The position numbers and the translations under genes were made by a program. DNA of 59,090 nt, taken from the NCBI GenBank assembly GCA_001938485.1, contig MQRK01187214.1:10324-69413 (forward strand). The letters are read 5' to 3'. Of this stretch, positions 46,192 to 59,090 are shown one piece after another. The first letter of the stretch is position 1. Every line of letters starts with the position of its first letter. Under the pieces are notes generated by a model that saw only the letters and a program-made list of their open reading frames with translations, was not told the origin of the DNA and made no database searches. Source of the DNA: Girardia tigrina (Eukaryota).

Positions 46192-49170
46192 ATGTTAGGA
46201 AGAATATAAGTGTTATAAATTATTATTATCAAATTATTGTTTAGAATTATCATTCAAATCGTTATTAATTTATTTAAAATTAATTAAATATGGTTCCAAT
46301 TATTTCGTAATTATTTCTCGCATGTTTTATGTTTTTGTTTTAATCAAAATAAATTTTTGGTAACAAGTTTGAATTCGTATTATTAATTCAATTTAGATAT
46401 CGACTAACATGGCGACCACGTTCAGTTATTGGAAGAATCTGGTTCCCGAAACTTTCAATGGAGAAAATAACTTAGAAGAATTTATCGAAGAATGCAAAAG
46501 ATTTTTCGAAGTATCCGGCACCGACCCAAATCTAAAAGGAATTATTGTTAAGGCATTTCTTTCCAGAGATTTAATTCCAGTCTATGAACAAGTGGACCCA
46601 CATATCGTGGAGTTTGAGGAAAGACTCAGAAGAGCGTTTTCCAAACCTTAATCGTTAATACAGGATTTTATGAATTTATATTCATACGAAGAAGGTTCGG
46701 ATGGAGCAAATTTGTTCTTCGTTAAAATCGGAAAATTAGTTAAAAAATTAATGTCACATAAATGGGATGAAAAAGAATTAATGGCGTATTTTTTGGTACA
46801 TTGTACCTAGAATAGCACTATCAAAAGGGAATTACGTTTACGAGATGCCAATGACGTGGAGCAGATCAAAGAAGTTATTCGGAAGATTGACATTATTGAA
46901 AGAGAAGAAGAATCAATTCAAATATCAGCAGTCAATCGAAAAGAAAATTTTGCCAAAATCGTACAAAAGCGCCAACAATTTTCAAATTCACGGTTAGTAA
47001 AACCCCCTATGGAAAGGACAAAATGGAACCATGCAAACAATGAAAATTCGAGAAACCTAGTTGTATGTTGGACCTGTCAGAAAGAGGGGCATGTTAGCAG
47101 AAATTGTCCCAACAAGCAAATAAAATACCATGCATGTCAAGAACATTGACATATCCGAAGAGAATGTCCAAATATAAAGTGTAGTCATTGTAATAAATAT
47201 GGTCACTTTAGTTTTCAGTGCTGGCAGAAACGACAAGGAGATTATCAAAAACAAAGAAATTATTTTGGAATGAATGGCAACAGAACGAGACAAAAAATTG
47301 CGGTTTTAGACGACAATTGTGAAGAGATCGAGACTTATGATGGGGAACAGCATGAAAGAGATCAGATCCCAAACGATTAGGCTCCATCAAGGTGAGAAGT
47401 GATAGGGGCCATTTGTTAACATGTAAGAAATTTTTGGAACCATTTATTTGTAATTTAAAGTATTGTAATTGTGCAAATAGTAATTTTTTATTTGATAAGT
47501 GTAGTAACAATATTTTTTGAATGATAATTATAATAACCATATTGATATTAATAAATATTTTAAAAGTAGTGATGAAGTGAATATAATAAACAGAAAGTCT
47601 GTAAATAATGTATCTGTATTAAAGAATAGGGATAAAAGTAAAATATTAAATTTTAAATTAGATAATATTAACCCAATAGAAAATAATCGTAATACATTGA
47701 GTAATCGATTAAGTAACATATCTGACATTTGTGCATCAAATCATAAAATTAAAAGTGTCAAGCGCATTTTGTAATAATAGGGAAGACAATATTTTACAAT
47801 CTAAATTATGTAATAAGAAAATAAAATTGATGGAAGACTCCAGATGATAATTAAATGTAACGATCAATATTTTTCTTGTTTACTAGATACAGGTGCCCGT
47901 TTAAATGTTATGAGTAAGGATGTAGTTAATAAGTTAAGAATAATTTCAAATAAAAACAACAATGATAATATTATTTGCGCTAATGGAAGTGCATTAAACA
48001 TACTAAGAATTGTCGTTCTAAAAATTGATATAGGTGAAATTTATAAATTGATTGAATTTTATATTGCTGAAGAAATATCGCCTTCCATTATATGTGGTAT
48101 GGAATTTTTAAATGCCTTCAATATTCACTTAAAAATAGGAAAAGAAATATTCAATGAAATTGGAAATAATTTTAATCAAAGTAACTGTAATGAGATATGT
48201 ATTATTAGTGCTAAATTTGGATTACAGGTACCAAATAGTATCAGATTAAAAAATATTGTGGAGATATTGAAAATAGGATTAGACTCTCCTCTCTATAAAA
48301 TAATAAAAAAACATGTTGATGTATTTATGGCATATAAATGGGATGTGGGTTGCACAAAACTTTTGAAACATACAATTGTTACAAAGGGTGATCCCATTTT
48401 AATGAAACCTAGAAGATAACCAGCAAATTTAGAAAATAAAATTGAAGAATTGATAAAAAAATCTGGAAGACAACAGCATAATAAAACGATGCAATTCATC
48501 CTGGAACAAACCTATAGTTTGTGTGTGGAAAAAAGACAAACATGAAATGAGACTTTGTTTGGATCTTAGGTAATTAAATAAAGTGAACGAAAGACAGGCT
48601 TATCCGATGTCTAACACCGAGGAAATGCTGGATTCGCTTAATGGAGCTCGTTTCTTTAGAACCATTGATTTAGGAAATGCGTATTACCAAGTGGAGTTAG
48701 ACGAAGAATCAAAATTGAAAACGGCTTTTCTACAAAAAGCGGTCAATTTTGTTTCAACCGCATGCCATTTGGAATTGCGGCAGCTCCTGCAACTTTTCAA
48801 AGACTGATGAACACGGTTTTGGGCGATATGTTATGGAAGGAAGCGTTAGTCTATTTAGATGATATTCTAGTATTTTCAAAGACCATGGACGAACATATTT
48901 TGAAACTAAATAAATTGTTAGATAAAATTAAATGAGTGGGTCTTAAGATAAATCCAGAAAAATGTCAATTGCTGAAATATAAAACGAAATTTTTAGGTCA
49001 CATAATCGATGAACAGGGAGTTAAAACCGATCCAGATAAATGGAATCCATCGAAACCTTTGAAAGACCAAACTGTATAAAAAATTGAGAAGTTTTTTGGG
49101 CCTGTGCAATTATTATAGAAAATTTATAAAAAAAATATTCAAATATTTCAAGGAATTTGGAAAGAAATAG
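46192..49170 (+). mobile_element. Gypsy element 5' part (gag, PR, RT), degenerate and truncated
   Basis: Gag MATTFSYWKNLVPETF, CCHC knuckles, slippery CCCAAAC at 47368, LLDTGA, IDLGNAYYQV, MPFGIAAAPATFQ and YLDD. Confidence 0.92.
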
Positions 49171-51381
49171 TCTGTCACAAGTCTCCAAATATTTGTGTAT
49201 TTATCCTTGTTTTGTGTCCAAATTTCTAAAAAAAAGTTTGTAGTCTCAATTTATGAAATATTTTGATTTATTTGAACCAATTTTATATTTTCCGGTTGAT
49301 TGTTGTTTGAAAGAGTTCTTCTTTGGTTCACGACTTGATCTGGTGGCTATTCAAGATTTGTATCAACATCTGAGTCCATAGATTCAAAAGTTGAGATTTT
49401 TAAAGATTTTTCCAAACTAGACATTTCATTTGTCAGTTTTACTGATTTCATTGGACTTAACAGAGAACAAATCAAATACATTTTATCAAAATTAACATGG
49501 TATTGGTCAAAAATATATTTTTTTTTCAAAGAAAGAGGAGTTTTGAGATCAGTGGCTTCCTGGAAAAATTGTGATTTGTTTTTTTTATCACCGAATCAAG
49601 ATGATCATGGATGTCCAGCAATTTGGGGATAACTCTGCTGATTTGATTGCCATCTCCTTGAAGTACATTTGTTGCATCAAAAAATGGTTTCAAAAATTCT
49701 CTAGAGCAAGAAGTTGATTCCAATCAAATTTGATTTTAATATTAAATTCTTCACAAGCAAGAACAATTTGAGATCTCATTTCAACAATTCTGCGGCAAGC
49801 AAAATACAAAGAATTCCATCTAGTTGCTGCGACTTTGACGAGTTTTCTATCAGAAATATTATTCAAAAATTCAGTTTTTTTACATGACATTTTAATTTTT
49901 TGATCAATTCAGTGACAGATTTTTTGATTTTGATAACTGATGAACTGTCCAAAATAGGCTCTGTTCAATTATTCGTCTTTTACCTTCATTTTTAGATATT
50001 CACTTTGAAGAAGCTGATTCAGGTCACTGCGAGAAGAAATCGATTCTTCATATTTTGGATTGAGATGTATTAATAATTTTCGGAATGCCTTGGATTCAAT
50101 AATGTTTACTCTAATTTGAGTGTGGAAGAAAAGTTCTGCCGTTAGAGATCGAAATTGAGATTTAAATGTTTGAACATTGTTAAGGTATTTTAAAACTGTT
50201 GGTTCAGAAATTTTCTCAGTTCTTGATTGCCGGTCCTCTTGAACATTGCCGTGACAGCTTGACAAATATCGTTTTAATGTTGTGACATTTTGACCTTTGT
50301 TAAAGTAATTGCAATGATCAATGCTGCATTCATATCCATCAAAGCCATCTCTTTCTGTTTCTGAAAAGTATTACCAGAAAGGGGCTTGTCTTTTCGGACC
50401 ACGTTTCATTTTGAATCAAAATTTTTGATGCTATATTTAAACAAAAAATGGAAAAAGAAAAAATTACTTTCAATTAGGTTTGACATTGTAAAAGAAACTT
50501 AAAACAGATTATTAAGAACATTTAGACAAGTTTCGTTTGAATTTTTATTACAATCAAATTTAGAGTCATTTTGACTCTCAGAAAGTCTTTCATCGTTTGT
50601 CATCGTTCTAATTGGTTTTCTTATTTTTTCTGAAAATGGTAACAATCTGACTATAAGGAACATTTAGACAAGTCATTTGAATTTTTATTACAATCACATT
50701 TAGAGTCATTACAACTCTCAGAAGGTCTTTCGTCGTTTATAATCATTCTAATTGGTTTTCTTATTTTTATTTTTAATCATGATTATTCGAACAATTTTTT
50801 AAGTCATCTTTAAAATATTTAACTTCTAAAAATTATTAATTAAAAATAATAATTGTTACCACTTCTCAATAAATCCTAAAATAATAAAAACGTCATCAAA
50901 TTATTAAAAATACATTTAATTTAAATTTTACTAAAAATATTAAACTTAATTTTAATTGTTAAATTAAAAAAATATGAACTTATAAAATGATTATTTTAAT
51001 TATGTTCGAATAGCCAATCACTTTAAATTTAAATAAAAAATACTAATTTCCATCTATGTGGGAGAATCACCATTCTAAATTCAACATACTTAGATCAACA
51101 TACACCATCCATACATTTACACATTCAAACAATTTAAAATATTCCTCACACAGATGAAAAAAAATTCTTTTTAATCTATTTAATTTTGTTTTTCTTTGCT
51201 TTATTTTTTTATTTTTTATTAATTTCTTTATATATTTTTTTTAAATAGTACTAATTTTTGACCCAGTTGTGACCTAGTACTTACCCAAAAATTTCACAAA
51301 CCGGGTCAGTACTAGGTCATTCATTTTTACAAATTTTGAACTGGGTAGTCGGTAAGTACTGGATCACTTGGTACTGGGTAA
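49170..51381 (-). mobile_element. hAT (Ac/ZBED-like) transposon remnant interrupted by a solo LTR
   Basis: CAGTGG terminus at 51381 with subterminal ACCCAGT/ACCTAGT repeats; BED-finger-like N-terminus; TRWNSLY; FLKPFFDATNVLQGD. Confidence 0.85.
50510..51150 (-). repeat. Solo LTR, TGTGAGGAATA family, with tandemly duplicated 3' ~140 bp
   Basis: TSD CAGAT at 50505-50509 and 51151-51155; termini TGTGAGGAATA...TGTTCTTAATA. Confidence 0.85.
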
Positions 51382-51419
51382 TGGTACTGGAAGTTCCACT
51401 GCAACAGAATATAAAGAAT

Positions 51420-52180
51420 CTAGAAAATTAATCAGTTTATTTGGCCTTTTGAGTTCGGGGAGTTTTGGTCTAAGAACTTTGAAAAGGATGTTTCACAAAG
51501 GTTTGTCGTTGTAAATGGCAATAAACTTTTTCTGCATTATAATATAACAATGGATATTTATTTTAAATGCTGAATTTTGATGGAGCATGTAAATTTTAGC
51601 TCTAAGCATACAACAAACGTCCTTTAAGAGTTTTAAGATGTGCTGGTATTAGCTTTCAATAATTGACTAAAGAAGAATCAAAATAATTTGCAAGAATTGA
51701 TTTCATAGTTTTGAGTATTTATACAAATTTATTTGACACTAATTGATGTAACTTTGTACATTAAGCAAGACCAACGTGACATAAATGGAATCCTTTTGTA
51801 TGGAAAAAGATTTAATAATACTTTTAATATATTTTAGTATACTTTAAAAAAACTTTCAAAGTTTACCTTTATTTTGATTGCTGCTTCTGTTTTTTTACTT
51901 TTTATTATTCCAAACAGAATCTTTTTACCAGATATTATATTTTGTGATTTACCTAACACAGAAGATACATTTGCACCGGTCGTTTCCATCGGTAGTAATT
52001 TAGTTTCCACGTGCTTTGACAATTCTATATCAATCAAAAGACTTGCTCTTTTTTTTGCTTCAATTTTTTTTGTGGAAAAGAGTTTTTGGTAATCAAGCTT
52101 TTTACTTTGTAAATCTTTATTTTGTACCATTTTCCTTCGACGATTATCATTGTGTAGATGTGTCTTTATATTACTGGCCT
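51420..52180 (-). mobile_element. hAT Buster/Charlie-like remnant
   Basis: LLPFTTTNLCETSFS dimerization-domain motif near 51500; weak N-terminal similarity in ORF 51834..52130. Confidence 0.55.
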
Positions 52181-52730
52181 AAATTTTAGAAACAAAAAAG
52201 TTAATTAATATTTTTTAAAATTATAATAATATTTTTAAATTGAATAAATCAAAACAGTATCGAAAATATTTATTTGAAACTTGACCAAAAAATTGCACAG
52301 TTTTGTAAGATGGTTTGTAAGAATATTTTTTCAGATTTACATCATCAAAAAACCAGTAGAGGCAAACAGAACTTTCTCAAGAAAATCATGTGATTGATAT
52401 AAAACTAATAAACAGGTACGTTCGTGTAAGCAAGAACCGAGCGATAGAAACAACCCTTGTCCCGAGAGAGATTCTATGCGCTAGAGGATGTAAAAATAAG
52501 AACCATCGACGTTACAAAGTTTGAAAACTGTGAATATCTTACAATCATTGATAGTGTGCCGTCAAGGGTCGCAATATGCAGAAAATTACAGATTAGGGTG
52601 TCAGCGAAATAATAAATAACTTGAAAATATTTTTAATGGACATTGAGTGCCAAATGAATACTTGGTCGAAAATTATTCGTCTTTCCATTCAGAATCCTTT
52701 ATATCTGAAATAAAAAAAGTGAAATATAAA

Positions 52731-53150
52731 TGTGAGGAATATTTTTGAATGGTGTTTATTGTGTGTTGTTTGGTATGTTGTTTTAGGATTGTGTTTCTCA
52801 CACCCAGATGGAAGATTGATATTTTAAATGTTTTAAAACGTAGGGTTGTTTAATCAAGTATTAAAATTTAAATAATCACTTTAAAATTAAACTAATATTT
52901 CATAAATAATATTTTAATAATATTTTCTGAAAATAAATAAAAATTATTTCAAATTTAAAGTATAAATTATTTTTGTAATAATTAAATTGTAATTTGAATT
53001 TGTGTGAATAATAAAACGTTAAAGAATATTATTAAAGATTATCAATCAAGAACGATGACGAGCTACGCAAGTTTTACGGAGAATTGTTCTAGTGGCAATT
53101 CAAATTGTGATATTAATAAATGTAAAGAAAACCCAATGTAATATGTCGCG
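52731..53150 (+). repeat. Diverged TGTGAGGAATA-family LTR
   Basis: Shared 5' end and TTCTC..ACCCAGATGGAA block; the 3' end is unclear. Confidence 0.75.
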
Positions 53151-55215
53151 CTATAAATATGTCGAATGGTGATGGGATATGTCGTTTTAATGGAATCTAA
53201 GAAGCAGTGTTTTGGAAAAAGTTAAACATCTCTTCCTGAAATCCTTTACGGATATAATCATCAGTTGAAGTTGTTTATTAATTAAAATGATCAATTTGCT
53301 GAGTTAAGTTCGATGATGTGTAGATGAAAGCAAATTTACTTAACAATGTAATAAAGATTGGTAGATGTAAAAGAGCTAACTGAAAACATGTTTCAATTAA
53401 CTCCTTTAACATAAAACAATAAAGATAAATATGTATAAAACTTTTATTTTTACAGAATATAAATAAACGTATATAACAAAAAAAATCACATACGAGAGAG
53501 AGAACGGCACGGGTAAATCTCGATTTAGATTTGTGTTTGTCGTTCAAATGTTTCAAAGGAACGATCTTCTGTTGTAACAATATGGATGGAAATGTCAGAG
53601 AATCATTCGGTTGTGCAACGAGATTTGAGAAAATAGATTACATGAAGAGACGCACTTTCAGGGGAATATTGATAAATTAGTTTGCAGTAAATACAAAATA
53701 ACGTCTAGTCTCAGTTGACGATTAGTCGATTTGCTGTCAAAAATTAACTCCGTCTGCTTACGCTGTTTGTATACTGTTCCTCAGATGAGAATTGACGATT
53801 TATATAGGAATTTTAGTGAGGTAGAAATGACGATTCTAGAACTACTAGGAATTATTGTAATATTTTCTAGTATTCAAAACCCGGATAAGAAGTTTTAAAT
53901 AGGAAGGAATAATTTGTATAAGTTGCACATAATCGGCAATAATATAGAAATGCAAATTCAATGTAATAATTAATTATTAATTCAATTTTATCGATTGGTA
54001 AATTTTATTTATATAATTTTATATTTATATATAATTTTATTTATAATTTACATATGATAATTTACCGGGTCACTACAGTAGACATTGTTATCAAGGAAAT
54101 AATCAGACGAGTAAAATTTTTATTTACAATAAAGAATGGCGACTTGTGTTATGTTACTGATTTAAGACCGCGGTTTAAACTGAGTGTATCGAATTTCAGT
54201 TATTCTCCGCAACAGGATAAAATGGAATCAAATGTACAAGAGCGCACCGATTTCTCAAGTGATTCTGTGATTATATTTCATGGGATGAGTTAGATTCTTA
54301 CGAATTTCGGGCAGATGTATGATTGCATTATTGTAGGTTTGGATGTTGTTTTCATATTAGTGATTTTGCGCTATTTTTGAAATACGTGCGATTGTAAATT
54401 AAACATGTTGAATTATTTTGTTTACATTTACTTTTTGTTTTCATTTCATCGGAATGTTTTCATTAATCTGTATAAATGTTTCTATTGTATCAAAGGTTTT
54501 TGTATATTTTTAGTATATTATTACAATATAGTTGTTAGAATTTAGAAATTATATTCATTAACTTAAGGTCTTAGAGAAAAATATAACTACTTGAAAAGAA
54601 ATTAAAATTTAAATATTTAATTAAAATTGTATCATTATAAATAAGATTAATGTATTTTATTTCAATTAACTAGTAATATTTTCCGAAATCATCGCCTCAT
54701 TTGCAAATATTTTGAAATTCAAAATAGATATCGTAAAAAAATGTAGTCTCAAATGTCCTATTTTTACTTAATATTCAGAGTGACCATATTTTCCCCCGAT
54801 TAAGAGACATTTAGCGAAAATTGTTCTTGAAAACTTTCTATCTCAATAGAGAAATAATGTAACTCGTGAGTAAATTGACACTGATAATCTTTCTACTCTT
54901 CAAAATCTCTTGTGAACATTGTTTTCGATTTCGAGAGCAAATTTTATTGACAGGGAAAATAAAAGTTTTGATATATTTGAAATAGAATTGTTCAACAACA
55001 CAGTGTTTGTTGAAAGTTAACTATATGTTCTTGCATTTAACAGGACACAAAGAATGAAATAATCGATCGATCCTTTGATTCAAGCAGTCTTTCAAATAAA
55101 CACTCAGTTTAACTGTATGACTATTTTCAATCGGCCGAATTTTAAATCATTGGGATGCTGTCATTATAATTTTGAAATTATTTGCGTCTTGAAATTATTT
55201 ATCCTCTGTGGAGAG

Positions 55216-55512
55216 GGACGATCCTGACGTCGTTTGATTCATCTACCACATAATTGCGCATGGGTTCGTCAACGGCGGATTGACTTGCGTCCTCAAACCG
55301 TCGTAGTTCAGTTGCATCCTACTCGTCAGATTACCGGTCCGTGGTCGGCTCGTGTCGGTCAAATGCGGTTGATGCAGTCATGAATAGTGGTGCTCCTCGT
55401 CAATGCTATATGGGCTTCCCAGCATTGGCGGTCTGTCATCCGAATCGATGATTGCGTGCAGTGCACAAAGTGTCAAAGGAACCGGTGCTAGTACTCATAA
55501 AACGGATCGTCC
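55216..55512 (+). other. GC-rich island with predicted RNA structure, family unknown
   Basis: Outer stem GGACGATCC/GGATCGTCC plus inner hairpins 55263-81, 55311-18/55371-78 and 55398-430. Confidence 0.4.
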
Positions 55513-55799
55513 GCTCGTCAGCACCAAATCGTTTGGTAGAACGGTCAAGAATACGATATCATAAAACATCGTTCAAAACAAAAATAGAGAATAATTTATT
55601 AATGATTTACACAATACCATACAGAAACAGGAATGTTTCAAAATTTTACAACATTTTTTGCTGATTTAAACAATTGTCATTTTTTTAACAGTTATTATTT
55701 TTTAATTACTTAATTGTTCGACCACCTTCTTTCATAAATAGATTTCTCAATAATATACATGCATTCATATCAAAAAATAATTAAATGTAAATCTTTATC

Positions 55800-57808
55800 T
55801 CAAAATCAATGTACCAAGATAAACGTTTTCACTTGTCACAATCATCCTCATCAAAGGCAATACAATCAAATTCACTACTGTCTTCACATTTATATGTGAT
55901 TATATCGAATAAAAGTAATGTATTCCACAACTTCGTTCGACATACTCTCTCTAGCAAAGAACAGAAACCAACGTCAATACAGGAGAAACAGGCGATGAAA
56001 AAGCGCCCGTATGAATGACGGATCAGGATGAGTCACAAAAGTCGATAAAATGGCACTGGAAAGAAGGACAGGCGCACATCTGTGTGGTAGAATATGCATC
56101 GGTCAAAATGCACGAGACGGAAATTGAGGTGGAGTTGCAAGAATGAAAGATAAGGGGGTGGCGGGTAGAGTGCAAGGCAGTTGTACAAGAAGCGAAAGGG
56201 AAGATGCGAGTGGTGCTCAACTACCGGGAACTCAATGATGCCATCTCTAGTTACATCTAAGGAAGTATGGTGTGCACGGATCGGACGTAAGTTAGTAATT
56301 GTTGATCTTCGATGTGAAAATCAGCAAAAGGGATCAATCACTATGTCCCTATCAAGTTGTGCATCTTCAGGGGCGGTCCTTGTATATTTAACACGGCTTG
56401 GATTTGGGTTGAATGTCACGCATAAAGTCCTGCAGAGAGTACTGCAACATAAGTTGGCGTCGGATCCAGAAGTCCATGCCAATTCATACACGTACTACAA
56501 TTATATCGTGTTGGATACCACTAAAATGCCAGTTGAGCGACTAAAGGTAGTGCTTGAAGACTTCGGTCTACAGGGAAAACCAGTGGAGGCACTCGATGGC
56601 TGCCTTGTAATGATCCTAGCGGTGATAGAAGCAGCAGATGAAACTTTATTATGGCAGTGTTTCAACAGTATCCAAGAACTTCCAGACAGTCTAACCCGCC
56701 AAAGTCTATTTGCGTAGACTTGTCGTTTGAGAGGTCACTATCAGTTTTCGGATGGTTGTGGCCGACATGTAGTGTGATCAAGCAAATCGCAGGTGAGGAA
56801 AATTGGGATGCCGAAGTTGAACTGCATGCGGCTGCAATAGCACACCTCTTGGCCGAGCGAGTTAAAAAGAGGATCATGTCAGGAACACCTGGGAAGTACC
56901 GAAAGTCGAGAAGGAACGGGTATGGTGCGACACCAGCTCGATTGCAGTTAGTGTATGCGTCGAAATAGTTGGCACAATGGTTGAGGATGCCTAGTAGATC
57001 AGGAGAAAAGAAGGCCGTGTCCCATAAACTTGGCCGAGCCAGAGGCGGCAAATCGGGCTCTTAAAGAAACAGTAAAGTTGGAACTTCGCGAATTCAAACT
57101 ATTCACAGATATGGTGATACAATTCGCAAGTGGTTCACAGCGGCACTGTCCGAGATGGAGCCAATAAGGTCCCAAGCACTCAATGAACTTTTGATTAAGC
57201 TCAGATTCAGATTCTTTTATCAAGTGGTGGAGGAAGAGCAACTGTCCGTGACGATAACGCTCTTTCGATGAGAGTTGAATAAAGTGGATCACCTGATCAG
57301 TCTTCCATGTCAGTGGTGGTCAATAGAAAAGCAGTAAGTTTTGGCAACGACAGTTACCGTGGTTTCATCATCGCATCAAGTGAAAGAAAATGGCATGACG
57401 TATCATATTAGTCACGTGTGATTTGCCCCTAACAACGGCTTAGATCAAGTTGCCGCAGGATAGAAACCAGATTGCATCACGTGCAGTTAAAATCGATGGA
57501 ATTAGAATCGATTGAAAGAAGCAGAACAGCATAATGTACGCCCAGAAGGGAGGCCTTTTCGAGCGATTTAAAGACCAGCGCGATTCAACGATTTCGTGTT
57601 TGTAACCACGTCAATGCACGGAAGTGTCAATGTTCCCCCATGTGTAAAAGGTGTGTGTGTGTGTGCCTTAAGGGCATGAGGGAATGTGAATTGCGAGCTG
57701 AAAAAACAGTAGTTCTTTTAATATTGTTGAAAAAAGAGTGTGAATTGAAGTTGTAAATATTGGGAATCAAATACATATTTATTGGAATATTGTTCCTTTC
57801 CTTCGACA
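55800..57808 (+). mobile_element. Degenerate Gypsy-like pol of a divergent clade, with a probable 3' LTR at about 57685-57808
   Basis: YLTRLGFGLNV..KVLQRVL (RT motif B), eroded YxDD (YYNY), LTRQSLF...GWL.PTCS, and integrase tail RPARFNDFV. Confidence 0.75.
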
Positions 57809-59090
57809 ATTCATATTAAATAAATGTAATATGAATTGTACAAGTAATTTTTTAAATATTTTGGATTTTTTCTGAAATTTTTATAAAATAATTCAGAAAA
57901 TAAGGACGTAATTTTAATTTAGTAAATCAATTTAATATATAAACTTTTTAAAGTTATTTTTAGTTCTCGAATGACTTTTATATAATTTAAAATAATTAAT
58001 GATATTATTTGTTTTATAGTTTTAAATAAAAATTCAATTTACTTTTTATAATTTTATTGCCAACGATTTTTCTGAAATTTTCTATAATTTAATACAGACT
58101 AATCGCTTATAATTTATCGATAAACTCTTTGTGCAGTCAGTGGACCAAAAAACTTAAAGACACTAGATTTAGATTGAAACATGTTGTGAATGTAATAAAT
58201 GATTGTTTTAGTGATATTTTTTCCCTGTTCACTGTTTTGGAAAAGGAAATGAAAAATTTGTACATTTTTGAAATACATTTAAAAGTTTTAAAATTTGAGT
58301 TTAAATTAAAAAAAATTTACAGCCTTACTTTAACAATAGATAAACCCCTTATTATAATGTTTAAATTTTTTTAATTAAATTACTGTTGAATTTAGACTCA
58401 AACTTTAATTAAGGAAAGGTTACTGAAGTTATACATAAATTTAGAAAAATAATTAGACATATTTTTATTGTTACGTTATATTATTTTGTATATATTTTGA
58501 TTCTTTTAAATTTACCTAACCTGAGTATTTTATCAATAAATTATAACTGAAATAGCAAATAAAGTATAAAACAATTTTACAATTTAGAAACGAAATTTAA
58601 TATTGCAAAATTATAACAAAAACTTACTTCCTTTGACCACAAAACTGGTTTCGCATAAGATGCATGTGAATTTTTTTTTCTTTTATGATCTTCCAACCTT
58701 ATGTTTTCAGCTATCTTCTTAATGGTTAGTAAATTACTTCCAGGATAATTTTCAGGTAGAGCGAAATCTTGCATTCTAACTTATATGGTTTGATTATTAA
58801 AAGTATTAACTGTTATGCTTCAGTATAAATTACTTTTACTACTGCTGTTAGCAATAAGAGAGTCATTTAACCGTATAATTTTGAACAAGTTGAAGTCTAA
58901 GGTAATGCTTTCATTTGTATATGACATCTAATTTAAAATAATTGTTTTTTATTACTTTGCTATTAATTTTCACCTGAATACTAATGAGATGTATGACTGA
59001 CAGATAACAAGTCACATTTTTTTCATGTTTTCCTTTAACATTCCCAGTTATTTTAAAGCGTTTTAAACAAAAAATAATTATCAGCAACAC

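Noticed and set aside
53278-54330. Exon-like segments on the minus strand, also at 58577-59050
   Set aside because: Some plausible splice sites exist, but I could not assemble a stop-free spliced product or recognise a domain.
55390-55450. TCCTCG resembling an HDV-ribozyme L3 loop; twister-like words in 40530-40625
   Set aside because: The required P1/P3/P1.1 or T1/T2 pairings could not be built.

Overview
This window is very AT-rich eukaryotic DNA (probably an invertebrate animal) with two N-gaps, and most of it is decayed transposable elements. The ORF track largely misses one host gene, which I rebuilt by hand on the minus strand: a CNBD2-like protein with two cyclic-nucleotide-binding domains. 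It has 13 GT-AG exons from 41574 to 5964 (about 482 aa, N-terminus unresolved). Its introns are either 41-47 nt or 1.4-20 kb and filled with TEs. The elements include a complete Ty3/Gypsy copy with identical 117-bp LTRs, four further Gypsy remnants, a solo-LTR family with non-canonical TG...TA ends, Penelope-like fragments with two minimal hammerhead ribozymes, an RTE-like LINE, and Tc1/mariner (DD34E, DD37E, DD34D), pogo, hAT, Mutator and Chapaev3-like DNA transposon remnants. The least explained signals are three GC-rich non-coding islands of about 230-300 nt that fold by eye into closed multi-hairpin RNA structures. One of them inserted with a 6-bp target-site duplication (TSD) exactly into the YIG motif of a Penelope endonuclease. 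Family names come from remembered motifs and hand folding, not from database searches.
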